A stretch of DNA of 64,000 nt, from assembly GCA_050247435.1 (NCBI GenBank), contig JBFWUF010000010.1, positions 65,824 to 129,823 on the forward strand, in the 5' to 3' direction. The translations under genes and the position numbers were made by a program. The notes below the pieces were generated by a model. That model had not been told where the DNA came from. It made no database searches and was given only the letters and a program-made list of their open reading frames with translations. This DNA is from Blastocatellales bacterium. Its GTDB lineage: Bacteria; Acidobacteriota; Blastocatellia; RBC074. Below are positions 53,398 to 63,350 of this stretch, in pieces; position 1 is the stretch's first letter, and each line of letters begins with the position of its first letter.

Positions 53398-53904
53398 TCA
53401 GATTTCGTCGAACTCCGGTTGATATTTCGCCATCCCAGCTTGATTGCGCAAAGCTCCTTCCAGCAATTCAATCGCCATGAAATGTTCGCCCGGCGTGTCG
53501 TACTTGCTCTTGATGCCAAAGCTGCTGGCCGGAACGAAGCCGAAGCGCGGGTAATAGCGCGGATGCCCGAGCACGATTGCAAACCGATGCCCGGCCTCCC
53601 GGCAACAATCCAAGCCGTGTTTAACGAGAGCCGAACCGGCGCCGCGATATTGAAATTCCGGCAGGACAGCCAGCGGCGCCAATCCCACGCCGATCAATTC
53701 TCCTCCGCCTGCTTCAATCGTGACCGGGCTGAAGAGAATGTGACCGGCGATCTGGCCATCCTCTTCGGCCACGAGCGAGAGCGTGGCTTTGCCGTTGCGC
53801 CGAAGCGCGTCAACTAAATCAGCTTCAGCCGAACTGCCGAACGCTTTCTCGTTGACGATTCGAATCGCGGCGATATCTTCGGGCTTTTCAGGACGAATAA
53901 TCAT
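53398..53904 (-). CDS. GNAT-family N-acetyltransferase
   Basis: 168 aa. MIIRPEKPEDIAAIRIVNEKAF and the QYRGAGSALVKHGL CoA-binding motif are present. Confidence 0.85.
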   Translation of the reverse strand: MIIRPEKPEDIAAIRIVNEKAFGSSAEADLVDALRRNGKATLSLVAEEDGQIAGHILFSPVTIEAGGGELIGVGLAPLAVLPEFQYRGAGSALVKHGLDCCREAGHRFAIVLGHPRYYPRFGFVPASSFGIKSKYDTPGEHFMAIELLEGALRNQAGMAKYQPEFDEI

Positions 53905-53906
53905 GT

Positions 53907-55124
<1,218 letters not shown>

Positions 55125-55144
55125 CTGTGATTCCTTTCAACGTC

Positions 55145-56689
55145 TTACAAAATCGCTTCAATCAATCGCGGCCCGGCTTCGGCCAGCGCTCGCTCAAGCT
55201 CACGCGCTAAATCTTCGGCGGTTTCGACGCGCGCGCCGGGCACGCCCATTCCCTTCGCCAAACTCACCCAGTCAATCGCGGGTTGAGTCAATCCGATCAA
55301 CTGCTGCGCCTGTTTGCCGAATTCTTTCACTCCCGCCCGCATCAACTCAATGCCGAGGATGCGGTAGCTGCGGTTGTTGAGAATGATCGTTTTGACGTTG
55401 AGTTGTTCGCGCGCCTGCGTCCACAACGCCTGCAGAGTGTACATCGCGCTGCCGTCGGCTTGCAGATTGATCACCACGCGGTCGGGACAGGCGACGGCTG
55501 CGCCTGTGGCGCACGGCGGCCCAAGACCGATTGCGCCTCCGGGTTGCGCGAGCAGCGTGTGTCGCGCCGCCGATTGCGACATCGTCAGAAACGGCGCCAT
55601 GCTCGTGTTGCTCTCATCCATCACGACGGCGTTTTCAGGCGCCAATGCCGCGACAGCGGCGGACAAAGTTTCAGGCGTGATCATGCCCAACGGCTTCGGC
55701 GGAATTTGCAAGCGCGTGTTTTGTTCAATGTTCATCTGTGCGCCAAGCGCGTCAGCCAGATCTTCCAGCGCGCCTTCGATGTCTTCTTCGGGAGTCGCCA
55801 GCACGACAGTTTGTTGCTCAGGCGAGATGAAATAGCTCGGTACGCCCGGATAGCCGAAGAACGAGACCGGCGATCTTGCTCCGGCCAGCACGACAGTTTG
55901 GTAAGGCGAGATTGCGGCGATGGCCGCTTCGGGAAAATACGGCAGTCGTTCGATGACCGGCGTTCCGGCGCCTCGTTCCCACCTTGCCGGAAACGATTCG
56001 CACATCAGCTTGCAACCGGTCGCAGTGGCAATGCGCGCGACGGCTTTCAACCCGCGCTCGCGCAACGCATAGCCGCCGAGGAATAAAACTTTCGGCTCAT
56101 CGCGCCGCAACGCTTCGACGGCCTGTTTGATCGCGTCCTCACTGGCTTTCGATGGCGGAGAAATCTGAAGAGCGGCGGTGGCGCCGCTCGCCGCATCCAT
56201 CTGACAATCGTGCGGGATGATCAGCGTAGCGATCTGGCCGGGTTTTCGCGAAGCTACCGCAATCGCCTCAGCGGCGTCTCCGGCCAACTCTTCCGATGAT
56301 TTGTTGCGGCGAACCCAGGCGGAGACTGGTCGCGCCAGTGATTCGATGTCGCTCGTGAGCGGCGCGTCGGCGGCCAGATGCCACGTCGCGTGCTCGCCGA
56401 TCAAATTGATAATAGGCGAACGCGCGCGCCGCGCATCGTGCAAGTAGGCAATGCCGTTGGCGAAGCCCGGCCCCAGATGCAACAGCGTCAGTCCTGGCTT
56501 TTCGGCCATTCGAGCGTAGCCGTCAGCCGCGCCGGTTGCGACGCCCTCGAAAAGACACAGCACGGCGCGCATCCCCGCCACTTCGTCAATCGCGCGCACC
56601 ATCGGCATTTCGGTGGTGCCGGGATTGGCGAAGCAGACGTTGACGCCCGCGTCAATCAGCGTGCGAATTAAACTCTCGGCTCCGTTCAT
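55145..56689 (-). CDS. thiamine-diphosphate-dependent enzyme (acetolactate synthase large-subunit-like)
   Basis: The N-terminus [28 protein letters not shown] and the ThDP motif GAIGLG...[10 protein letters not shown]...NN are present. ATG 56689 is preferred over TTG 56695. Confidence 0.85.
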   Translation of the reverse strand: MNGAESLIRTLIDAGVNVCFANPGTTEMPMVRAIDEVAGMRAVLCLFEGVATGAADGYARMAEKPGLTLLHLGPGFANGIAYLHDARRARSPIINLIGEHATWHLAADAPLTSDIESLARPVSAWVRRNKSSEELAGDAAEAIAVASRKPGQIATLIIPHDCQMDAASGATAALQISPPSKASEDAIKQAVEALRRDEPKVLFLGGYALRERGLKAVARIATATGCKLMCESFPARWERGAGTPVIERLPYFPEAAIAAISPYQTVVLAGARSPVSFFGYPGVPSYFISPEQQTVVLATPEEDIEGALEDLADALGAQMNIEQNTRLQIPPKPLGMITPETLSAAVAALAPENAVVMDESNTSMAPFLTMSQSAARHTLLAQPGGAIGLGPPCATGAAVACPDRVVINLQADGSAMYTLQALWTQAREQLNVKTIILNNRSYRILGIELMRAGVKEFGKQAQQLIGLTQPAIDWVSLAKGMGVPGARVETAEDLARELERALAEAGPRLIEAIL

Positions 56690-56700
56690 ATTCAAGGTTT

Positions 56701-56838
56701 GAGGTATAAGATGTCAGGTATGAGATGGCAGGTATGAGATGGCAGGTTTGGATGGAACTGTTTGCTGGAAGACCGTGTCTAACTCCACCCTCAAACCGCA
56801 ACCCTGACACCTGACAACTGACAACTGACATCTGACAC
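56701..56838. repeat. intergenic short tandem repeats: 14-mer (CAGGTATGAGATGG) in about 2.4 exact copies (about 4 counting degenerate ones) and heptamer (CTGACAN) x5
   Basis: The 14-mers lie at 56715-56747, with degenerate copies from 56701 to 56756. The heptamers lie at 56804-56838, ending 1 nt before the NIPSNAP stop codon. Confidence 0.9.
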
Positions 56839-56839
56839 C

Positions 56840-57298
56840 TTATTTGATTGGCGAGTAATCTGTCGCGCCAAGAATCACCGACTCGACCTTTTCCGTCAGC
56901 CTGCCATTCTTCTCGCTCTCGGCGCGAGCCTTCTGCCATTCTGGATCGGTTCGGAACGCCTGCCAGGCTTTGTCGCGCGCCTCCCGGCTGGCAAACGACA
57001 TCACGTAAACCAGCGTGTGCTCCGAGCCTTTCTCCTTGTCGGTCGGCCCCCAGAAGCCCACGACCCCCATGCCGTGCTTCTTGAAAAGCTTCATCGTGTG
57101 GTTGCGGAAGCGGGCGTGAAGCTCTTCGAGTTTGCCGGGCGCGGCGATGTAGGTGCGAATCTCGAAGCAGCGCGAGTCTTTGACCAGCGACGGGCTTGGC
57201 GCGACGGTCGGAGGCGCGGGCGCATTTTGCCCCGCTGCGATGATCGAAACAAAAGAGAGGATGGAAACGAGCGCGAACAGCTTGAAGAGTTTGTTCAT
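56840..57298 (-). CDS. NIPSNAP-family protein with signal peptide
   Basis: Signal peptide [23 protein letters not shown], followed by [34 protein letters not shown]...DPEWQKA (NIPSNAP dimeric alpha/beta barrel). Confidence 0.75.
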   Translation of the reverse strand: MNKLFKLFALVSILSFVSIIAAGQNAPAPPTVAPSPSLVKDSRCFEIRTYIAAPGKLEELHARFRNHTMKLFKKHGMGVVGFWGPTDKEKGSEHTLVYVMSFASREARDKAWQAFRTDPEWQKARAESEKNGRLTEKVESVILGATDYSPIK

Positions 57299-57313
57299 TG
57301 TCTTTGTTCTCCG

Positions 57314-57742
57314 TTATTGGTTCCACGGGTCATAGGTTCCGAAATTCCAGATGTGGCCTTCGAGATCGCGGCAGGTGAAACCGCGCCCGCCGTAATCCTC
57401 ATCCTTGATGTCCAGCAAAATCTCCGCGCCCGCCGCTTTGGCCTGTCCGTAAACCAGATCGGCGTCAGAAACGATCACGTAAGCGGTCTGAGTCTCGGCG
57501 CCGCCGATTTCGTCCGGCAACTTCATCAATCGTCCGAACACCGAGTCGGACGCCGAACCGAGCATGATCATTCCGTTGCCGAAGCTGAGCTGAGCATGAG
57601 CAATCGTGCCGTCCTCGTTGGGCGCCACAAGATTCTTTTCAAAACCGAAGACGCGGCAAAGCCACTCGATGGCCGCCGGCGCGTCGCGATAACGAAGACA
57701 TGGAATCACCGTCGCTCTTGTGTCTTTTGGGATTGTGGACAT
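57314..57742 (-). CDS. VOC (glyoxalase/bleomycin-resistance) family protein
   Basis: 142 aa. VIPCLRYRDAPAAIEWLCRVFGF...AHAQLSFGNGMIMLG is a typical VOC pattern. Confidence 0.8.
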   Translation of the reverse strand: MSTIPKDTRATVIPCLRYRDAPAAIEWLCRVFGFEKNLVAPNEDGTIAHAQLSFGNGMIMLGSASDSVFGRLMKLPDEIGGAETQTAYVIVSDADLVYGQAKAAGAEILLDIKDEDYGGRGFTCRDLEGHIWNFGTYDPWNQ

Positions 57743-57805
57743 GGTTTTCTCCTTTCAGCGCAACGCGCCGGTCGAATCGCTACCGCTCGCGGCACTGATT
57801 CGATC

Positions 57806-58573
57806 TCACTTCGGCGGCATACGCAATGCGCCATCAATGCGAATCACTTCGCCGTTGAGCATTTCGTTTTCGATGATGTGTTTGGCCAGCGCGGCGTATT
57901 CCGCCGGAGCGCCCAGCCGGGACGGGAACGGGACCTGCGAGCCGAGAACTTTCTTCACGTCTTCCGGCAAACCCGCGAGCAGCGGTGTGTCGAACAAGCC
58001 CGGCGCGATGGTCACGACGCGAATTCCAAGCCGCGCCAGGTCTCGCGCAATCGGCAGCGTCATTCCGACGATTCCGCCTTTCGACGCCGAATACGCGGCC
58101 TGGCCGATCTGTCCGTCGTAAGCGGCGATTGAAGCCGTGTTGACGATCACGCCGCGTTCGCCACCAGAGTTCGGTTCCTGCCCGGCCATCTGGGCGGCGG
58201 CGAGGCGGATGACATTAAACGTCCCGATCAGGTTCACCTCGATGACTCTTTTGAACGACGCCAGCGAGTGCGGCCCGTCCTTGCCGACGGTCTTTTCGGC
58301 GACGCCGATGCCCGCGCAGTTGATCGCGCTGTTCAAGGCGCCAAACGTTGAAACAGCCGCCGCCACGGCGTTCTTGACGCTGCCTTCGTCGGCGACGTTG
58401 GTTTCGACGAAGCGGGCGCTCGCGCCAAGCTCTTTCGCCAGCGCCTCGCCTTTCTCCTTGTTGATGTCGGCGATGACGACGTTCGCGTCGTTTTCGGCAA
58501 GCATCCGCGAAGTCGCGCCGCCAAGTCCAGATGCGCCACCTGAGACGAGAAAAGTATTTCCGCTTATTTTCAT
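57806..58573 (-). CDS. short-chain dehydrogenase/reductase (3-hydroxyacyl-CoA dehydrogenase type 2-like)
   Basis: VSGGASGLG (TGxxxGxG-type), NCAG and YSASKGG (catalytic YxxxK). Length 255 aa. Confidence 0.85.
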   Translation of the reverse strand: MKISGNTFLVSGGASGLGGATSRMLAENDANVVIADINKEKGEALAKELGASARFVETNVADEGSVKNAVAAAVSTFGALNSAINCAGIGVAEKTVGKDGPHSLASFKRVIEVNLIGTFNVIRLAAAQMAGQEPNSGGERGVIVNTASIAAYDGQIGQAAYSASKGGIVGMTLPIARDLARLGIRVVTIAPGLFDTPLLAGLPEDVKKVLGSQVPFPSRLGAPAEYAALAKHIIENEMLNGEVIRIDGALRMPPK

Positions 58574-58589
58574 TACCGGTGCTCCTGCG

Positions 58590-58675
58590 GAAAATCATTC
58601 ACAAAACCGCACGAAGAGGCACGAAAGAATGAACTTACATTCGTAATTCTTAGTGCGGGTTCGTGGATGATTTTC
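58590..58675. repeat. imperfect 23-bp inverted repeat with a structured loop in the divergent promoter region (REP-like or operator)
   Basis: GAAAATCATTCACAAAACCGCAC (58590-58612) pairs with GTGCGGGTTCGTGGATGATTTTC (58653-58675) at about 20 of 23 positions. Confidence 0.5.
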
Positions 58676-58819
58676 ATCGTTATTCGGGAAAGTGTTAATA
58701 GGTTTTGTTTGATGACGCGCGAACTTTATACTCTGCTCGCCAGACGCGGCAAGACATGTTCAACGCGAAGCCGGTTGATCGCTCATTTTCTTCCGCCCCA
58801 TCATCAAACTTGCTGACCA

Positions 58820-61800
58820 ATGCCGAAACACGAACTTCCCATCATCGCCGTCGTCGAGACTCTCGAAAACACCGGTTGTTTCACCGAAGCGCTATTCTTC
58901 CCTGAAATCCTCCGCTTTCATTTTGATGAGGATAAGGCTGTCGAGAGCCTGGAAGCCAACGTCCGGAAGATCGTTGAGGATTTGCCCCTCGCCGCCTTGA
59001 GCCAGCGGCATCCCGCCGGAGAGCCGGAACTCGACGAAACCACGATCACCATTGACCCGCCGCGCGGCCAGAACCTGTGGCGGACGCCAGTGACGCTCAA
59101 ATTTTCCATCGTGCGGTGGAGCCACGGCGATGTTGCGCGTCTCGCTTACATTCCCGCGCTCTGCATCGTGGCTGCGGCGACGAAACCGGCGACAAAGCAG
59201 GCGCTCGATCAATTGATTCAACAACACATTCGCGCGACGCTCGCCCGGCGCGACTCGCTGAATTCGCTCGACCAGTTGGTCTGGCTTCAACGCGCGCGGG
59301 AGATAAAGGTCATCAACAGCGTGGTCGAGGCGTCGCTGCTCACACCCAAACAGTTTGCGTCGGACGCCGAAAAGAGAGAAGCCGAAAAACAATCAGCGCT
59401 CGCCGAATCCGCCTCCGATCTGGCGAAGGAGAAACTTCCGGTCGCATTTGAACTTGACGAGACGGTCGCGCAAATCGCCGAGACGCTGACTGGACGCGCG
59501 CAGCGCAGCGTCCTGCTGGTCGGACGCTCCGGCGTGGGCAAGACCGCCGCCGTCTACGAACTGGCGAGGCGGCGGCACGATTTCCAACTCGCGCACACGC
59601 CGTTCTGGGCGACTAACGGGGCGCGGCTTGTCGCGGGCATGTCCGGCTTCGGTCAGTGGCAGGAGCGTTGCCAACGGCTGTGGCGCGAGGCCGCGCAGGA
59701 GCGTGCGATCATCTATCTCGGCAATCTGATCGAGTTGATGGAAGTCGGCAAGAGCGTCTCGAACAGTCAGGGCATAGCCAATTTCCTGCGCCCGTACATC
59801 GCGCGCGGCGACGTGCTCTCAATCGCCGAATGCACGCCCGAACAGTTGACGTTGATCGAACGCGCAAACCCGCGACTGCTCGACGCGTTTTACCATCTGA
59901 AGATCGAGGAACCTTCGGTCGAACGCGGGCGCGGCGTGCTGCTCAATTTCGCGCTCGCGCAGGCGAACGGAAACAGCATCGAGCTTGAAGCCATCGAACG
60001 CATTGATCAATTGCACCGCCGCTACGCGACCTATTCAGCTTATCCGGGGCGCCCGGTTCGATTCCTACAGAACTTGTTGCTTGATCGGCCTGAAGAAAAG
60101 ACGTTGGATGTTGAGGACGTGACCGACGCCTTTTCGCGTGAGACGGGTTTGCCTCGAGTGTTACTCGACGAAGGCGAACGGCTCGATCTGAAAGCTGCCC
60201 GCGAGTGGTTTGCATCGCGCGTCATCGGCCAGCCCGACGCGGTTGATCTGATCGTTGACCTGCTGGCGATGGTCAAGGCCGGCTTGACGCGCCCGCGTAA
60301 GCCCATCGCTTCACTGCTCTTCATCGGCCCGACAGGCGTGGGAAAGACTGAGATGGCGAAATCGCTGGCGGAGTTTTTGTTTCAGGATCGCGCCAGGATG
60401 ACGCGGTTCGATATGAGCGAATACTCCGATCCGCTTGCCGTCAATCGCCTGATCGGCGGCGTGTTCAGCCAGGCCAATCAGGCCAATTCAGAAGGATTGT
60501 TGACCGCGAAAGTGCGTGAACAGCCGTTCGCCGTGATTCTGCTGGACGAGTTCGAGAAGGCGCATCCGTCGTTCTTCGATCTGCTGCTGCAAATTCTGGG
60601 CGAAGGCCGGTTGACCGATTCGATGGGGCGGGTGGCCGATTTTTCAAACGCCGTGGTGATCATGACTTCGAACCTCGGCGCCGAAAGCTTTCAACGCGGC
60701 CTGGCCGGTTTCGGGCAGACAGCGGCCACGCGGCAGGCCGCAAGCAAACATTTCACCAACGCCGTGCGGACGGCGTTGCGCCCGGAGTTGTTCAACCGCA
60801 TTGACCGCATCGCGCCGTTCGCGCCGCTGGATGAAGCGTCCGCGCTGCGAATCGCGGAGCGCGAGATCGAACGAGTCAAAACGCGCGACGGCATTCGTTA
60901 TCGCGGAGTGACGATCAAAGTCTGGGACGGCGTCGCCAGGCATTTCGCGCATCGCGGTTACGATCCGCGTTACGGCGCGCGACCGTTGAAGCGGGTGATC
61001 GAGCGCGAATTGCTGGTCCCGCTGTCGGAGTTACTGAACGAGCGGAAAAACGATGAGCCGGTTCAGATCAACCTGTGGGTAGAAGACGAAAAGCTGAAGC
61101 TTGATTTTCAATATAGCCTGAGCGATGAATCCGCCGCCCGTTCAACCCTCGCTCTTCCGCTGGCTGAACTGGCGCGGCAATGCTCGTCGTTGAGGCGCGA
61201 GTCGCAGATGCTGGAACGCAGCGCCGCCGCGCGCAATCTGCAAAATGAAATCTACACGCTGCAACGGGTCGAGAAGCAGTTGAAACGCGGAAGGTGGAAA
61301 AACCCCGAAGAGCTTGCGCGCGTAGCCGAATTGCCGAAGCTTCAGCTCGCGGAGCAGGCGATCAAGAATTTCGCCGAGAGAATCACGCAACTCGAACACG
61401 AAATCATGCTCACGCTATACGGCAACGCCGAAGCGGAATCTTCAGTCAACGCCGGCGAAACCGGATCGCGTTACTCCACCGCTTCAGCCGATTGGAAAGA
61501 GTTGTTGTTGCGGATATACACGTTGAAACTCAAAGAACCTGACAAGATCACGATTGCCGTTTTCAGCGAAGACCACAAACGTTTGTTCGATCTGGCGAGA
61601 ATCTATTACCTGCTGGCGATGGCGCGAATCGGCCCCGACGCCAAAGTCGAGGTTCGGCAGTTCACACCGAAACCGCCAGCCAAAACCAGAAAATATAGGG
61701 ACGAGCGAAATGACGAATCGCGGGTCGAGCGAACGAAGATCGAAAAGCCCGATCAGTTCTTCGCCGCGCCGCGCGAAAACGTCCTGGGCATCGCGCTCGG

Positions 61801-62122
61801 CGTCAACTTCCCGATGGCCTTTCCGAAACTCGAATTGGAGCGCGGGCTGCACACTTTCACGAAAGATAAAAAACCGGCGCGGTGTCTGGTTGATGTCAGC
61901 GCGGCGTCAATCGAAGACTATCGTCCGCCCGCAAACATCACGCGCCGCGACGCCATCGGGCATCAGGAGAAACGGCGGAATTACAGCGTTGACCAGTCGC
62001 TGATTGACGACCTGTTGCTGGATCGAAGAGAGACCTGGGCAGGGCAACTGAGTATTGACGTGGTGGAGCGGTTGATCGAGGAGAGCTTGATGGCGAAGGT
62101 GAAGAGGTTGGTACAAATATAA
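58820..62122 (+). CDS. atypical two-ring ClpA/ClpB-like AAA+ ATPase with unique N- and C-terminal regions
   Basis: D1 Walker A is GRSGVGKT. D2 Walker A is GPTGVGKT, Walker B ILLDEFEKAH, sensor-1 IMTSNLG, and GARPLKR is sensor-2-like. I saw no Clp_N domain. A C-terminal extension of about 330 aa is present. Confidence 0.8.
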   Translation: MPKHELPIIAVVETLENTGCFTEALFFPEILRFHFDEDKAVESLEANVRKIVEDLPLAALSQRHPAGEPELDETTITIDPPRGQNLWRTPVTLKFSIVRWSHGDVARLAYIPALCIVAAATKPATKQALDQLIQQHIRATLARRDSLNSLDQLVWLQRAREIKVINSVVEASLLTPKQFASDAEKREAEKQSALAESASDLAKEKLPVAFELDETVAQIAETLTGRAQRSVLLVGRSGVGKTAAVYELARRRHDFQLAHTPFWATNGARLVAGMSGFGQWQERCQRLWREAAQERAIIYLGNLIELMEVGKSVSNSQGIANFLRPYIARGDVLSIAECTPEQLTLIERANPRLLDAFYHLKIEEPSVERGRGVLLNFALAQANGNSIELEAIERIDQLHRRYATYSAYPGRPVRFLQNLLLDRPEEKTLDVEDVTDAFSRETGLPRVLLDEGERLDLKAAREWFASRVIGQPDAVDLIVDLLAMVKAGLTRPRKPIASLLFIGPTGVGKTEMAKSLAEFLFQDRARMTRFDMSEYSDPLAVNRLIGGVFSQANQANSEGLLTAKVREQPFAVILLDEFEKAHPSFFDLLLQILGEGRLTDSMGRVADFSNAVVIMTSNLGAESFQRGLAGFGQTAATRQAASKHFTNAVRTALRPELFNRIDRIAPFAPLDEASALRIAEREIERVKTRDGIRYRGVTIKVWDGVARHFAHRGYDPRYGARPLKRVIERELLVPLSELLNERKNDEPVQINLWVEDEKLKLDFQYSLSDESAARSTLALPLAELARQCSSLRRESQMLERSAAARNLQNEIYTLQRVEKQLKRGRWKNPEELARVAELPKLQLAEQAIKNFAERITQLEHEIMLTLYGNAEAESSVNAGETGSRYSTASADWKELLLRIYTLKLKEPDKITIAVFSEDHKRLFDLARIYYLLAMARIGPDAKVEVRQFTPKPPAKTRKYRDERNDESRVERTKIEKPDQFFAAPRENVLGIALGVNFPMAFPKLELERGLHTFTKDKKPARCLVDVSAASIEDYRPPANITRRDAIGHQEKRRNYSVDQSLIDDLLLDRRETWAGQLSIDVVERLIEESLMAKVKRLVQI

Positions 62123-62213
62123 AAATAGTAGCCGTCTGGCCGGAAGCGCAGTGCGGCAGCATAGGAGGCCTGAGCTTCAATTGCGTCAGCGATGGAAAGC
62201 AATCAGAGTAGTT

Positions 62214-62648
62214 ATGAGTCAGATGTTTCGTTGTCCGAGCTGTAAAGAAGTAATCCGCAGTGGCCAACTGGCCTGTCAGTTTTGTAATTCACCGATTGAC
62301 GAGATTGCGGCATTTGCGGAAACCTTGAAATTCCAAACCGGGATTGACGCCTGCGCCGCGGCCAATCACATCAAAAGTCTCAATTACGCCGCGCCAATTC
62401 TGATCCTGGTGAACGCCGCTCCGATGATTTTTGGATTGACCGACAACCGTTTGCAGACATACGCCAGTTTCCTGCCATTCGGCTGCCTTGCCGCCGCCTT
62501 CGGATGGCTGACGAAATATGGCGGTCTGCAAACAGACGATCCTGATTTTCCTGAGGCGAAAAAAGCCGTGAAAAAGGCGTTGATCTTGTGGCTGATTCTG
62601 TCCATCATCCAAACAGCCGTTTTGATGAATGCGTTTTGGCGAGGCTGA
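62214..62648 (+). CDS. small membrane protein with an N-terminal zinc ribbon
   Basis: MSQMFRCPSCKEVIRSGQLACQFCNSPI (CxxC...CxxC) is followed by 3-4 hydrophobic helices. Confidence 0.55.
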   Translation: MSQMFRCPSCKEVIRSGQLACQFCNSPIDEIAAFAETLKFQTGIDACAAANHIKSLNYAAPILILVNAAPMIFGLTDNRLQTYASFLPFGCLAAAFGWLTKYGGLQTDDPDFPEAKKAVKKALILWLILSIIQTAVLMNAFWRG

Positions 62649-62660
62649 GGAGGTTTACCA

Positions 62661-63230
62661 ATGGCGATTCGATTCAAGGCCAGGCTCGATCAGTACAAAG
62701 ACACGCAGGTCTTGCACGTCTATCTCCTCTTCGATGTCTTTGAAGTTTTCGGGACGCGTTCACGTCTAGCGGTGAAAGGCGCGATCAACGGCTTCCCTTT
62801 CCGCAGTTCGATCTTTCCGACAGGAGGGCCGATGGGCGGGGGCAAGTTTTACATGGTCGTCAACCGCGAAATGCGCGAAGGCGCGAAAGTGAAGGCCGGG
62901 CAGACCGTCGAATTCGTGATGGAAAAAGATGAAGAGCCGCGAACGATCACGACACCTCCCGACCTGCTCAAAGCCCTCAACGCCAGAAAATCAGTGAAGG
63001 CTGTCTGGGACAAGCTGAGCTACACTCACCGCAAGGAATACATCAGCGCAATCGAGGAGGCCAGAAAGCCCGAAACGCGCGCGCGGCGGATCGCAAAAGC
63101 GGTCGAAACGATTGCGGCGATGATCAATCCCGAAGCCGCGCCTGCGAAGAAGCAAGCGGCGCCAAAGACCGCGAAGAAACCAGCGAAAAAGACCGCGAGG
63201 AAAGTCGCGGCGAAGGCGCGGAAGAAATAG
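62661..63230 (+). CDS. DUF1905 / YdeI-family protein with a Lys/Ala/Pro-rich basic tail
   Basis: GTRSRLAVKGAINGFPFRSSIFP is DUF1905-like and WDKLSYTHRKEYISAIEEARKPETRARRI is YdeI-like. The tail is PAKKQAAPKTAKKPAKKTARKVAAKARKK. Confidence 0.7.
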   Translation: MAIRFKARLDQYKDTQVLHVYLLFDVFEVFGTRSRLAVKGAINGFPFRSSIFPTGGPMGGGKFYMVVNREMREGAKVKAGQTVEFVMEKDEEPRTITTPPDLLKALNARKSVKAVWDKLSYTHRKEYISAIEEARKPETRARRIAKAVETIAAMINPEAAPAKKQAAPKTAKKPAKKTARKVAAKARKK

Positions 63231-63350
63231 GCCATTGAACAACGACATTAAATATTAACTGGCGCAAGGGCGCCGTTTCACCTATACTCCGCTCACCCCT
63301 TTTCAAACTCATCCCCATTCCACCAATCTTTCGACCAGAAGGAGAAGGTT

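Noticed and set aside
56701-56838. Possible CRISPR array, also considered for 63963-63998
   Set aside because: The units are 7-14 nt with no spacers of 25-40 nt, no repeat of CRISPR length and no cas genes. These are microsatellites.
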